Numbered from the stretch's first letter, positions 1 through 15,230 are shown. The stretch is DNA of 64,000 nucleotides from Octopus vulgaris (GCA_951406725.2 OX597815.1:75516001-75580000), one strand, 5' to 3'. The notes: generated from the letters alone by a model not told the origin. Translations and numbers: made by a program.

Positions 1-49
1 ACGGGGCAACACCCAGACTCCTGAGTCTTGTGTCAAAATATGAAGCAGT

Positions 50-690
50 TATTATTATTATGATTGCCTTTGCACAGCTTCTAACGCTGGTGATGTACTA
101 CGGTGTCAGCTGTTCACTACCTGTGAACTAAGGTAACACAATTTATTTTTCGAACACCTTCCGGAGTATTCGAGCGGTTCCAAGCAGTGCTGTTTTCTGC
201 AAATGCTCCACCCTTATTGCAGCCCCTATTTGTTCCACGTACTTCCTGAGATGTTTGCTCACTATTCCCAGGGCCCCGACAATTATTGGCACTACTGCTA
301 CCTTTTTCATCGACCAAAACTACTTAACTTCCCAAGCTAACCTGCCATATCTCTCGATTTTTCTTTCTTCCTTATCGCATACCTTGTTGTCAGCTGGGCA
401 TGCTATATCTATGATCCAGCAAAGTTTGTTTTCTTTCTCAATTAAGACTATGTCTGGCTTCCTATTCTCTATCTCATGGTCGCACTGAATCATAAAATCC
501 CATAGGATCTTTGCATTTTTATTTTCGATGATGCCTTCAGGTTTGTGGTCGTACCAATTTTTTGCTCTGTCAAGTCCATACTTGTTGCAAAGTGTCCAAT
601 GGACAAACCTGGGTATATTGTCGTGGAGTCTCTTATATTCCTTCTGGGCTAGTAGCGTATATTGGCTGGTAATATGCCATACGGTTTCAA
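50..690 (-). mobile_element. 5'-truncated R4/Dong-like non-LTR retrotransposon 3' end (restriction-like endonuclease domain), decayed
   Basis: Minus-strand translation reads ETVWHI..KEYKRLHDNI..WYDHKPEGIIENKNAKILWDFMIQCDHEIENRKPDIVLIEKENKLCWIIDIACP..VPIIVGALG..LQKTALLGTARILRKV, the PD..D RLE C-terminus, with one stop. Both ends abut TAA/TTA repeats. Confidence 0.85.
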
Positions 691-754
<64 letters not shown>

Positions 755-820
755 GCTATTGTTGTCGTTGTTGTTATAATAATTATTATTAACCTTATCT
801 TCATCATCATCATCATTATT
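690..820. repeat. (TTA)n / (TCA)n trinucleotide microsatellite
   Basis: Directly visible. Confidence 0.95.
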
Positions 821-824
821 GCTT

Positions 825-1035
825 AAGACGGCGAGCTAGAAGAATCGTTAGATCGCCGCGAAAACGCCTCGCGTTGTTTCTTCTGGGTCTTTACATTCTA
901 CGTTCACTTCTCGCCGAGATCAATTTTCTAGCCTCTCTAGTCGATAAAATAAAGTACCAGTCAAGTACTTAGGCCGATGCAATCGCCTAAATCCCTCTTA
1001 CTAAATTGCTGGCTTTGGGCAAACTCGAAATTAGC
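825..1035 (+). mobile_element. SINE family A copy (tRNA-derived), degenerate
   Basis: Head aagacggcgagctagaagaatcgttag and body gtcgataaaataaagtaccagt match other copies in the window. Confidence 0.7.
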
Positions 1036-1039
1036 GGTG

Positions 1040-1470
1040 ACAACAAATCTCGAATCTCAAGAAGTTTTCTTAATATTCTTGCAGAATGTAGAATGCTATT
1101 TTGCTGGAGGTCGACAATGCGAATCTCAGTTCCAGTTTCTTGCAGTCTTTTAGGTAGTATTCTGGGTGTTGTGCCAAGTGCACCAATTACTACAGTAATA
1201 ATTGTTGTCTCAATCTTCCAGTCTCCGCAGCTCACTGGATCGATCCGGATATTGCTCAATTCTTTCAACTTCTTTGTTATCGACTTTGTCATAGGGAATT
1301 GCGAAATCTATGATCTTACACTGTTTGTTTTGTCCTCTATAATCATGTCCGGTGTTCTTTCCTCAATGATATAGTCAGTCTTTCTGACGATGTTCCACAA
1401 GATCTTGTAATTTTCATTTTCTCTCACAGCCTCTGGTTCTGGCTCATACCATCTTTCTGTTGTTTTCTCA
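1040..1470 (-). mobile_element. Second R4/Dong-like RLE LINE fragment, frameshifted
   Basis: ORFs 1308-1493 (WYEPEPEAVRENENYKILWN..TPDMII) and 987-1292 (VVIGALGT..LQQNSILHSARILRKLL) are homologous to the 50-690 fragment. Confidence 0.8.
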
Positions 1471-1883
1471 GTAGCTGACAGAAACGTTAGCACGACGGGC
1501 GAAATGCTTAGCGGTATTTCGTCTGCCGCTATGTTCTGAGTTCAAATTCCACCGAGGTCGACTTTGCCTTTCATCTTTTCGGGGTCGATTAAATAAGTAC
1601 CAGTTACGCAATGGGGTCGATGTAATCGACTTAATACCTATGTCTGTCCTTGTTTGTCCCCTCTATGCTTAGCCCCTTGTGGGTAATAAAGAAATAGATA
1701 TTTCGTCTGTCTTTACGTTCTGAATTCAAATTCCGCCGAGGTCGTCTTTGCCTTTCATCCTTTCGGGGTCAATAAAAAAAGTACCAGTTGTGTACTGGAG
1801 TCGATCTAATCGACAGTTCCCATCCCCTAAAATTTCGAGCCTTGTGCCTAGAATAGAAAAGATTATTATTATTATTATTATTA

Positions 1884-1947
<64 letters not shown>

Positions 1948-2300
1948 CATCATCTTTATTTTCATTATTCCGCCAAGGTGAACTTTGCCTTTCATCTTTT
2001 CGGGATCGATAACATAACTACCAGTTGGGTACTGACGTCGATGTAATCGACTATCCCCAGCCCTAAATTTCAGACATTGTGTCTATAGTAGAAATTATTG
2101 GCAGACTCGTTAAACACGACGGGTGAAAGGCTTAGCAGCATTTCGTCTGTCGCTACGTTCTGAGTTCAAAGTTCGCCGAGGTCGTCTTTGCATTTCAGCC
2201 TTTCGAGATCAATAAATTAAGTACCATTGAAATACTGGGGTTGATGTAATCGACTCATCCCCTCCCCAAAAACGGCTGGCCTTGTGGTAGAATTTGAAGC
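1471..2300 (+). mobile_element. Cluster of SINE family A copies (about 1471-1862 composite, 1974-2095, 2100-2300) with a (TTA)n tract between the first two
   Basis: Repeated gttctgagttcaaattccgccgaggtcgactttgcctttcatcctttcggggtcgat..aagtaccagt motif with B-box-like gagttcaaattcc. The central motif resembles the Meta/MESC SINE domain (recalled, not searched). Confidence 0.85.
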
Positions 2301-2301
2301 C

Positions 2302-3370
<1,069 letters not shown>

Positions 3371-3829
3371 TCATCACAATCACAACTATCATAATCAGAT
3401 ATTTATTTACTTATGACAAGAATTATACAAAAAAAAAACAATTATTATCAGTGATAAGAAGCCACTATTATTTATTGTCATTGTTTCTTATTGTAAAAAT
3501 AAAATGAATACATAATATAATACAATATATATGTCTGTGCGTGTTGTGTACGTGTCAGTGCGTGTGAGTGAATGGATATATCTATGTATAGGTGTATAAT
3601 ATTGATCGAAAGAGAGAGAGAGAAAGAGCTAGCTAGCTCTGAAAAATTCTCTGTCCCTCTATCCCTCACTTCGTCTGTCTGTCTCTCACTCACTCTCTTC
3701 TCTTCTCTCTCTTTCATTGCATCCTCCTCCCCTTGCACGTTTGTTTTTCTTACTCCCTCCTCTCTACATCTTACTGCTTCGATCGTTTCGTTCAGCCTCC
3801 CCCTTCTTTCTCGCTGACTACATCTCCCA

Positions 3830-4035
3830 CCCACTCCCGCGTTTCTGTAGAAGCCCCAGTGTACAAAGCCAGCCAACTCAATTAACCAATAGTTAGCAAG
3901 CTTTTATCTTTCAGTAGAAAATCTCTAACCGGCCAATGGCGTGAATATAAGCTAGTTGGCATTTGGAGAAGAGAAACATTGAACGAAAGAAGAGACAAAA
4001 ATTGTGTGCAGGCAGGCCTAGCGTTTGAAGAAGAT
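3830..4035 (+). promoter_or_regulatory. Putative promoter / 5' UTR with CCAAT boxes
   Basis: Unique sequence with aaccaat (~3885) and ggccaatgg (~3931), downstream of CT-rich and GC-box-like tracts and directly upstream of an ATG exon with a consensus donor. Confidence 0.5.
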
Positions 4036-4102
4036 ATGGACTTGAATTCATCTCCAACGTCCATGAGTTTGTCCGAGTCCCTGATGATGAACGGCGTTCC
4101 AG
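4036..4102 (+). CDS. Putative first coding exon, MDLNSSPTSMSLSESLMMNGVP(G..), phase 1; gene not identified
   Basis: Open from ATG 4036 to a consensus CAG|GTAAGT donor at 4103, in non-repetitive sequence after CCAAT boxes. Confidence 0.6.
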
Positions 4103-5679
4103 GTAAGTAAATAACCACTTAAGACTGTTTTTCGTTTCTTGTGTACATTTCTTCAACCGTCCATCCTCCCCCATATACAACATCTTTCTTGAATCCTTAA
4201 CGAAGTGATTAGTGGTTAAAATATATTTTCACTAAACATACAAATACAAAATAAACGACGCGGAAATTGCAAATACAACGCGCATGCACAAATATACACA
4301 CAACTAATATATATACATATATAATATATATATATATATACGTGCACACACACACACACACACAGACAACATATCTGTGCACACCTTGTCTGTCGTGTGT
4401 ATCTATATATACTGCGGGGCACAGTCTGATAGTGTTACTGCCGATAATAACAAGCTGTACTGAATTCAATCAAAAACTTCCAATGGTTCGACACAACTCA
4501 TTTTCACATATTAGCAATCTCTGAGCCGATAGGCGTTTGAGTTTATTTAATTTATTTTTCAGAAAATTGAAGCTCGAGGCTCAATTTTCTCTCAATTTGC
4601 AGCTAACAAGATTGCAGATGTGTGGACTGGTGAGGGAGTATATACTTGTATGGGAGAGTGAGAGAGAGAGAAAGAGAGGGAGAGAGAGAGGGAAAGAGAG
4701 AGAGAAGAGAGAATCGTTTGTTCGGTGTTAGTTTAGCCCCCGCCTCCTCTTCCTCCTTCTCCTTCACCGAAATTCCTCCCCCCTTCATACACTCACACAT
4801 ACATGTAAACGTAAACGTTTGTGTATGCACATCCACTCACATAATTCCTAGGCCTTTACTGCTGATGTGTGAACCAACTTGTTCCTTATTTAGCCAATTA
4901 GGGTTCATTACACGACCCTATTTGATTAGCTTATAAGTAATAAAATTTCGCTGAACAAAAATGCTGTTAATGAAAACGTACATAAGGTTATTGGGAAACA
5001 GATGGAAGGAGGAGAGATTCATAGAAAGCAACGAAGTAAAGGTGAAGACAATAAATATAAGGGTTAGCAATAGCAGACGACAGTAAACTTGTATCGTCTG
5101 CTTTACGAAAAGCTTAGCCGTTTTTACACAGGATGGAATTAGTCAGATTTGCCGTGAGTGACATTTTGCTTTACTATATCTATCTTCAGCAATATTTTAC
5201 TTAAACGGTCTTAATCGGGCAGATTTCCACTTAGAATACATCTCAAGTTAGGACTTCATATTTAAACATTAAATTTATTTTTCATGAAAAATCAGTAAAC
5301 CAAACTGATTAGAAATCATTTATATTTTGAACAATATCAACTAATTTAAATGGACATTATAAGAATCAATATCTAAGAAATTATGACTGTCGATAATAAA
5401 GAAAATAACAGAAATAATATTTAAAATCAAATAATTATGATAATAAAATGAAACAAACGTCGTAATTTTGGCTTAATTTTCTAAGCAAAATTTTTTCTCG
5501 CGAACTTAGTCTAAAAGCTATAACAATCCTTTACAGGACGGTAAAAAGAATCTATGCAACACTTTATAACAAAGTTTATTAAACTAACAGTTCTTAAACT
5601 ATTAGATGCTAAACCAAATATTCTAATATATGGATATATCACCGCAAATTCATCAACTTAGAAAAACAATCGAATCGGT

Positions 5680-5741
<62 letters not shown>

Positions 5742-6384
5742 GTATAGTATTGTATTATAGTATAGTAAGCTCTAGCTACAATGATCTTTGAACAATTGCT
5801 ATCTTGTGAAAAACAATTTTGAAACGTCTACAAATATGGTGGACAGAATTATGGAAAAGGACATACATTTTTGTAATTTTTTTACCGGGATAAGAGTATA
5901 TATTCTAGGTAACTAGATGTTCTCAACCAAACTAAACGGAAGTTACAAGTGCATAAAATAAATTTGGTTTCTTGAAATAAAAAAAAAAGCGTAATTAAAT
6001 GAAAATGTGGCTATATTGTAATTACCAGGAAGAGAAACATCAATAATAACATGCTCATAGCTTATACATAGAAATATCCACACACATACATACATACATA
6101 CATATATACATACACACAGATACATATGTACATATACACGCATACATACTCTAGTATATATCCATATATGTACAGAGACGTATATATATATATTCACAGT
6201 CCGGTGATGGCTTAGCTAGCCGAAACTTGGAAGACCATGTCAACACTATTTTTGCTAAGGAATAATAAACTTGTACTCTACCAAAAGTATTCAGGTTAGC
6301 GCGAACATCGCTTTTATTATTATAACAGAAAAACAAACACACACACTTACACACATATACATACATACATACACACACACACAT

Positions 6385-6441
<57 letters not shown>

Positions 6442-7468
6442 CATACATACATACATACATACATACATACATTCATATAGGTATAAATTTCATATACATA
6501 TGTACGTTCGTGCATACATATAAATATTCATATACGTGTGTATAAACACGCACCCATACATGCATACATGCATTCACTCGTTCACACATTCATACATACA
6601 CACGTTCATACATACATACAAAGCAAATGGATTCGCATTCTTCCAATACAATCGATTAGGGGCACAGTGAAAATTTGTAGGAAGATCCCAGGGATCATCC
6701 ATCTGAGTTTTTTGGGTTGACCATATACACACTATTTGAAAACATAAGATATACACACGTAAACAGTAATGGCGCACAGACAGACACACACATACACGCC
6801 TGCATAATAAAGTGATGTATACATCCACTACATAATTGCAAGTTTCCCCTGCGTGCACTCACACGCACACACACATACATACACACACATGTTAAATGCA
6901 CACACCAGTTCTCATATTTGTGAACCGCAATAACGGAATGGACCCAATGGCCATCCGATTTGTGACAGTCGTTAATTCGGTAAAAGTTAAATATTTCCAA
7001 CAACATACATACATCCTTACACACGCACACGCACACACACGCACACATACAAACAAACAATCACATACAAACAAACACACACTCACTTATACTTACTTAC
7101 ATTAATTCATAATATATGCAATGAAATTTATAGTTGCACGCATGCACACATACATACAATCTTACATGCAAAATTTGTAAAATACCAGAAATTTATCCTA
7201 TAAGTGAATATATATACGTGTAGACGAATATGTATGTCTGTACGTATATAACAATAAGTCAAAACATATGGATCCACTCAACAATGAGATCCACACCTAC
7301 ATGCATACATAGGTGTGTGGGGGGGTGCGTTTGTGTGTGTGTTGTATGTGTGTGTTTGTGTGTATGCGTTTGTGTATGTGTGTGTTTGTGTGTATGTATG
7401 TGTGTGTTTGTATGTGTTTGTGCATGTGTGTTTGTATGTATTTGTGCATGTGTGTTTGCGTGTGATTG

Positions 7469-7513
<45 letters not shown>

Positions 7514-7806
7514 AAGTAAGAGAGAGAGAGAGTTTGTCTGTTTTTGTTTCTATTTATCAGAATGCTTCCTAGAAGGAAGAAGCTGGCATTTGATAAAGAA
7601 ACGAAAGTTGCATCACTGCAATTTAGATATCAGCAGTGATTAGTGTTACGTATAGAACCTTAGAAAAGCCTTACATATTTTTACCGTTCCACTCACAGAT
7701 AGTATATGTAAAGTTCGTGTTAGCCTGTCTCTTAAACAGCTTTCCCATATTGTCAATAACCAAGTGCACCGAAAACTGCTGGCATAAATTGGAATTTATT
7801 TTTCAG

Positions 7807-7821
7807 GTAGAAGAGCCGCAG
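7807..7821 (+). CDS. Candidate 15-nt frame-preserving microexon (G-R-R-A-A in phase 1)
   Basis: tttatttttcag|GTAGAAGAGCCGCAG|gtatga; open in the phase left by exon 4036-4102. Confidence 0.4.
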
Positions 7822-8255
7822 GTATGATGTGTGTGTGTGTAGATGCATATATACATACGTGAATTCCTAATAATTTGGATAAATTGCTTTCGATAAAATC
7901 GCTAACATTCTTCGGTTACTCCAAGAACGTCGATTCACTCACAATTGTTTCCTGCAAATAAATCATAATAAACTTAGATGACATTCAGATCTTACGCAAT
8001 AAAGTAATGAAACAGATACAAGATATTCAAAATCATTGAGCTTACGTATGATCTTCTTGAAAAGTTTTGAACCTATGCAGAATTACTTCGAGGTGCTAGC
8101 CTTCATCACACACCCAAAACATCGAAGTTACTATTCACCTCTCTTCTTGTGAAAGAATAATAAATACATACTCTTTAAAAAATAGGACTGCGTAATTCTT
8201 CAGTTCAGTGTAAAATTCTTTTTGCTAAAATTCAACATAAAAACAAAAACAAAAA

Positions 8256-8545
8256 CATGGCTTAGTGCTTAGAGTGTTGCACTCACGATTGCTAGATGAT
8301 GGTTTCGATTCCCAGACCGAGCGTTGCGTTGGGTTCTTGAGCAAAGCACTTCATTTCACGTTACTCTGCGATCATTTCGTCATCTGGCATGTGGCACATG
8401 GTGCACCTATACAGGTAATGTCGATTTGAAGGAGGGAGTGAGCTTATGTGAACACAAACATTTGATCATAATAAACAAATCACCTGTGTGTTTGTTTGGC
8501 AAGAAATTGCCGAACGCTCATGCGTCGACTAAAGACGGGAGAGTC
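8256..8545 (+). mobile_element. SINE family C copy (tRNA-derived head, CORE-like middle)
   Basis: A-box-like tggcttagtgc, B-box-like gtttcgattccc, then ttcttgagcaaagcacttcatttcacg shared with 16783, 19817 and 46103. Confidence 0.7.
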
Positions 8546-8622
8546 CATGATATATATACGTGTATGAAGTGATATGAATAAACAGATAGATAGACCAAAC
8601 AACCACAAATATAAATACAGGA

Positions 8623-8708
<86 letters not shown>

Positions 8709-8710
<2 letters not shown>

Positions 8711-8912
8711 TCTTTTATTCTTTTACTTGTTTCAGTCATTTCACTGCAGCTATGCTGGAGCACCAACATTAGTCGAGTAAATCGATCCCAGGACTTATTT
8801 TTTGCAAGCCTAGTACTTATTCTCTCGGCCTCTTCTGCCTACCTGCTAAGTTACGGGGACGTAAGCACACCAGCATCGGTTGTCAAACGATGTTGGGGAA
8901 CAAGCTCAGACA
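8709..8912 (-). mobile_element. SINE family B 3' half
   Basis: Reverse complement of the ..ggtgctccagcat..gcag..aaatgactgaaacaagtaaaagaata tail seen at 34185-34238. Confidence 0.85.
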
Positions 8913-9111
8913 CACAAACATATACACACACATGCATACATATATAAATATATATGTATATATATATGTATGTATATGTATATATGTATACATATGTATG
9001 TATATGTATATATGTATATATATATATGTATGTATATGTATATATGTATATATGTATGTATATATGTATATATACGTATGTATATATGTATGTATGTATG
9101 TATATATATAT

Positions 9112-9535
9112 AAATAGAAAAAAAACACCTTTTATTAATTCAAAATGCACAATTAAATTACACCATCCAGAAAATTACATATATTAGAAATATTAAAATT
9201 AAAATAACAATAACATTTCAGTGAAGTAGTAAATTGCCCAAAAATAATAGAAAAAGTATATAATTGGTATATATACCAATTATATACGTTTTTATTATTT
9301 TTTTGCAATTTACTTAATCATTGAAATTTTATTGTTATTTTAATTTTAATATTTCTAATATATGTAATTTTCTGGATGGTGTAATTTAATTGCTCATTTT
9401 GAATTGATAAAACTGTTTTTTTTTCTTTTTTTATATACATATTATATTATATTGTGTGAAATTTGATTTAGTATTTCTAAATTGAATTTTTTTCCCCTGT
9501 AAGTTTGGATTTATATTCCCTCAAATAATAATGTT
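9112..9535 (+). mobile_element. Palindromic insert (about 160-bp arms, centre 9271/9272) plus about 100-bp tail, within (TA)n
   Basis: 9112-9271 is an imperfect reverse complement of 9272-9432 (e.g. ttacaccatccagaaaattacat / atgtaattttctggatggtgtaa). Confidence 0.75.
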
Positions 9536-10800
9536 ATATATATATATAAACGACGGGCTTCTTTCAGTTTCCACATATTTCTTTCACAAAACACAGGTGT
9601 GTACGTATGTACATACATACATACATACAATGAACATTCAGAAATGCTCCTTTTCATAAGTGAGTATGTTATATATATATGTATAACATGCATATATGGA
9701 AATTAACATGAAGGAAGTGAACTTGTTACTCACAGAAGATGCAATATATTTCTAAATCTAATGAGATCAATTTATGTAAAATATAGTCATCATTTCGCAA
9801 CTTACATGATATCTGCTATCAAAGAATAACGCGTAAGAATATAAAAACATGCAGGTAAGCCGAGGTAACTTACATATGCATATGTGGGCACAGGACGTCA
9901 TGAAACGTGCACAACAAAAAATCCGAAGTACGAGTACATAGAATATGAACTGTTTTTCCGAACAACGAAAGACACAAATGGGAAACAAGACATATATATA
10001 TATATAAACAGAGATAGACATACATATATACGTACATCCATATATATGAACGAGCTTGTGTATTGTGTACATGTGACTGTGTATATATACATTTATATAA
10101 ACGCATCCCTATATAATACGTGTGTGTATTTATATTAATCTATACATATGTGATGTGTATGTACTTACATGTATGCATGTATGCATAAATGTGTATGTAT
10201 AAATATGTGCATGTGTGTCTGAGTTTGTAAATATGTTTGTGAATATGCGGATACATATATTTATGTTTGCATATATGTGTGTATAAGGATTTACATATAC
10301 ACAGATGCATAGGCATGTATAAACGCGCACACAAACTTTCATATATGTATACATACATCACAGGCATATATACTTGTGTTTGTGCGTGTATACAGGTGCA
10401 TGTGCGTACGTCTGTATGTATTGCATTTATCTATTTGTATCAGTGTATATGTATATAATACGCTCGTTTGTGATGAAACCATAATATGCCTGAACCTATT
10501 CAGTAGACCAACCTCTATAATCAAAACCATTAGAAATTATATAAGCTATATAAAAAAAGAATTACCATTAAGCCCTGTAATTGCGGTCCAAACGGTATTC
10601 ATACATTCATATCTTCCATTCATATTATACGTTACATTGAGGCACACATTATTACGAAATAGATACACAGACACACATACAAACACGCATGAAGACACAC
10701 ACTAACACACACTCAAACATATATATCATAGTTATACGTGTCTGTGAGTGTGTGTTTCTTTGCATTTATGTATCATTATATATATATATATATATATATA

Positions 10801-10933
10801 ATCAGCCGAAATTACTACGATGATCCGGTTCTTGACTGAAGACTGAGGGTTTCGAATGTCCTGTCCGTGTTTATTGTGTCGTCTTCTAAGAGTTATACGT
10901 TCTTGTCCATGTTGTATTTTTCTACATACCTTA
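10801..10933 (+). mobile_element. Short (TA)n-embedded insert with CTGAAGA motif; same family as 31468-31633 (-)
   Basis: cagccgaaattactacgatgatccggttcttgactgaagactgagggtttcgaa aligns by eye to the reverse complement of 31570-31633. Confidence 0.6.
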
Positions 10934-10956
10934 ATATATATATATATATATATATT

Positions 10957-11185
10957 GATAAAAATGGTAAGACAACAAAAGAATGAAAGAGACCTCGATA
11001 TTATGTAAATAGAGGAATTTATCTGTAAATGTAATATGTGACAATTATTTGGTAGCTATGATAAAACTCCGAGTTTCGCATGCCGAGGTGGAAATCCACG
11101 CCGCCATCTCTTCAGTTATCTGGCCATCGGAAAAACTCGGAGTTTTATCCTGGCTACCGAATAATTGTCACATATTACATTTACA
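10957..11185 (-). mobile_element. Inverted-repeat insert beside (TA)n carrying a hammerhead
   Basis: About 11024-11076 is inverted relative to about 11133-11184; a fragment of the same family lies at 16262-16318. Confidence 0.7.
11060..11120 (-). ncRNA. Minimal type-I hammerhead ribozyme fold
   Basis: Minus strand: gataa-CTGAAGA-stem II (gatggcgg..gtgg/ccac..tcggcatgc)-GAAAC-TCGGA-GTT-ttatc; 5-bp stem I gataa/ttatc. Confidence 0.7.
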
Positions 11186-11332
11186 CACACACACATACAC
11201 ATATATATATATATATATGATTATATCGCATTTATATATATGATATACGTATTATATACATATTATGCAATGGTATATGTGCTTGCTTGTGTATTAGAGA
11301 TATGAATGTGAATAATTTCACGCGGATTATTT

Positions 11333-11545
11333 AAGGTGGTGGGCTGGCTGAATGGTTAGCATAATCGTTAGCAAAATGCTTAGCAGCATTTCGTCCGTCT
11401 TTACGTTATGATTTCAAATTTTACTGAGGTTGACTTTGCCTTTCATCCTTTCGGGACCAGTTGAGTAACGAGGAAGGGGATCGTTGTAATCGGCTTTCCA
11501 CCTTCCCCCGATATAGCTGGCTTTGTGTCAAAAGTTGAAACTAAT
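11333..11545 (+). mobile_element. SINE family A copy
   Basis: gactttgcctttcatcctttcggg core. Confidence 0.75.
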
Positions 11546-12182
11546 ATTACTATTTTGTATTCAAATATAACAAATATATAACATACGATTTAGAATTTTA
11601 ACTTGATATTTATTACGTAGAAATATTACTGATATCGAAATGTCTACAATCATATCGGTAGCAGATTAGAAGCGGAGGTAATATCAGATTGGTAAAAATC
11701 TATAGTTCGATTCCCAGAGAGGCAATTATTGAATGATTGATTATGTGCTTATTATAGTTGAATATAATTTTTAGCATTGATGCACTAGATATGTTCGCTT
11801 ATCACATACTTTTCATTTATTTACTCACGGACTAGTTAAATACGCATCTGCTTTATGCATTTGTTTTCAGGCACGCGCATGTGCCACACGCTTCATTAAT
11901 ATATTTATGCATAAATATATTAATTAAACACTTGCCATTAAATGTCATTAATGGAACTGTAAAATTATGTAATACATTCCAGTGGTTTATCATGTGGCAT
12001 GTTATTATGCACAAAGATAGACATGCATCTATACATATACACGCGCAGATAAATAGATATATTTATATTAGAGTTTGTTTTTACGTCAAATTAAATGTAA
12101 AAACAATTGATGGAAGAGTCCATTATGTAGGTGTATATACATGATGTAGCATGTGTATATGTATGTATTGTATGTGTGTATG

Positions 12183-12219
<37 letters not shown>

Positions 12220-13414
12220 CTTTTATGTCAAGATATATATAGAAAAAAATTAGCATTAAACGAGGCTTTTGGGCAGAAATCTGAAGGCAAGTAAAGCCGC
12301 ATCTTCGAAGTCACCATCAGCCTTCTTGTAAAAGTTAATAAATATGTTATATATTTATATATACACACAAGCAGGTATGCATATACATATGTGCAAATTC
12401 TCATACATAATGATATTGTTGGCAATAGATGTATATACATACATACTTATATACTTATTTTTATTTGCTTGCTTGTTTACTTACTAATTTCAAGACCACT
12501 CAGGTGATGTTCTCTAACTTCCATTGAAAATGCATTGCTGCTGGATTGGAAAGGAATTAGAAAAATTGATCTAGAGCATCCGTACAACACAAGATGCCAA
12601 ATATAGAGAGAAAAATGAAAATTGTACTTTTAATGAGGTCAGCTATTCACCATGATATAAACGATTTTCTTTTTCTCTGTTTTATTTTTTAATGCCTGAA
12701 ATAAATGACAACAATAGATACCTGAAACAATACCTACAGTACCTCTATTTAGATTACAAATTTGCATTTATACCCATAATCCTTGGCATACATGGTTTAT
12801 GTTCTTAAATGTGTGAGCAATAATCTCGAAAATTTAGAAATTTTAGGCAAAGAAAGTAACTATCAAAGACTGCATTTGTTAGATACAATTTGTAAGCAAA
12901 ACAGGAAAAAAATGCACAATAAAAATTTAACACTAAATTATTTATTGTTGCTGATAACTAAATTATTTTTACCGCTGTTACCAAACTTCCAGCGTTTGTG
13001 GAGATGATTCTTTATAACAAACCAATACCTTGTTTACAATTATAAGTATAATATTTTTTAAAGGCGATATATATAAAGCATTTTTTTCTATGCGCGTCTT
13101 AGCTTTCAACAGCAAAATTTAGGTTAAAATATCAGTTTTATATCACAAGCGTTATATGTCTAAAATGGTTCTCCCAGATCGTTCGAAATATAGAGCTCTA
13201 ATGAAAAAAACTCTACAGGAGATTTGGAAATACACTGGAGAGTCATAAGCAGTTCTTAATTTTTACATTGGTCTCGTATTCAGTAATTCATAATAAACAA
13301 AAAGATTGAACATCTTAACAAAAAACCGGAATGTATACAGATAATTCCGTCAATCTACGCTTTGGACCGACACGTGTGTGTGGTGGGGTGTTCGTGTGTG
13401 TGCGTGTGTATGTA

Positions 13415-13445
<31 letters not shown>

Positions 13446-13512
13446 AGAATGTGTGTATATATAGATATACTGTATGTGTGTGTATATATATATATATGTA
13501 GTATGTATGTAT

Positions 13513-13544
<32 letters not shown>

Positions 13545-13583
13545 GCATGTATGTATGATATATATGTATATATATAATGAATA

Positions 13584-13637
<54 letters not shown>

Positions 13638-13639
13638 GG

Positions 13640-14018
13640 AAGGCTGCGAGCTGACAGAATCGTTAGCGCGGAGGACGAAATGCTTTTCGTCTGCCGCTAC
13701 GTTATGAGTTCAAATTCCGCCGAGGTCGACTTTGTCTTTCATCATTTCGGGGTCGATTAAATAAGTACCAGTTACGCACCGGGGTCGATATAATCGATTT
13801 AATCCGTTTGTCTGTCCTTGTTTGTCCTCTCTGCGTTTAGCCCCTTCTGGGTAGCAAAGAAATAGGTATTTCATCTGCCTGCCTCTACGTTCTGAGTTAA
13901 ATTCCGCCGACTTTGCCTCTCGAGGCCGATAATTTAAGTATCAATGAAACACTGGGGTCGATGCAACCGATTAATCTCTTTCCCCAAAATTTCAGGCCTT
14001 GTGCCTATAATAAAAAGA
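13640..14018 (+). mobile_element. SINE family A composite copy following (TTA)n
   Basis: Same two-part structure as 1471-1862. Confidence 0.85.
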
Positions 14019-14035
14019 ATTAATATTATTGTTAC

Positions 14036-14085
<50 letters not shown>

Positions 14086-14291
14086 CATATACATATATAT
14101 ATTATATATACATATTTATACATTATATATACATATTTATACATTATATATACCTATATATATATATTATATACATATATATATCATTATATATATATTA
14201 TATACATATATATTATATAAATATATATTATATAGATATATATTATATATATATTGTATATATATACATATTATATACATATACATTACTT

Positions 14292-14329
<38 letters not shown>

Positions 14330-14381
14330 TATACATATATATTGCATACATATATATATTATATATATATTATATACATAT

Positions 14382-14474
14382 AAAAGTATTTTCTATTCGT
14401 GAGCGTTATACTAATACATCTGTTTGTTTTGTACACCACCTGTCTTCGTCTTTTGTTTTTTTGTAAACTCTCCC
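14382..14474 (+). mobile_element. (TA)n-embedded fragment of the family seen at 49589-49746 (-)
   Basis: gagcgttatactaatacatctgtttgttttgtacacc..gtaaactctcc is the reverse complement of 49589-49670. Confidence 0.75.
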
Positions 14475-14525
14475 TATATATCATATACATATATAATATA
14501 CATATATATATTATGTATACGCATA

Positions 14526-14603
<78 letters not shown>

Positions 14604-14777
14604 ATATATATTATATACATATATATATATTATATATATATTATATACATATATATTTATTATATTCATATATATATTATATTCATATATATATTATATT
14701 CATATATATTATATACATATATATATATTATATACACATATATATATATTTTTATATATATAGATAGATATATTAGA

Positions 14778-14819
<42 letters not shown>

Positions 14820-14982
14820 ATGTTACCAACAGTTTCAAGTCAAATATTGTCACTAGAAGACATACATTGCAAAACCGATGATAACGTCCTAAGGAGGCAT
14901 GACTTCTAATTTTACTTCTAAGTTTACTTATGAGTGGGCTATTATTTCTCATTTATGGACAATTAACTTGCAGCCTACTTGA

Positions 14983-15037
<55 letters not shown>

Positions 15038-15169
15038 GTGTTTGTGTGTGTGCGCATGTAAACAAACGGGTTATGCATATATATCATGCATGTATACATA
15101 TACATATATAATACTGTTGTCAAGCGATAGTGGGGGTACAAACACAGAGAAAAAGACACACACATACAG

Positions 15170-15230
<61 letters not shown>

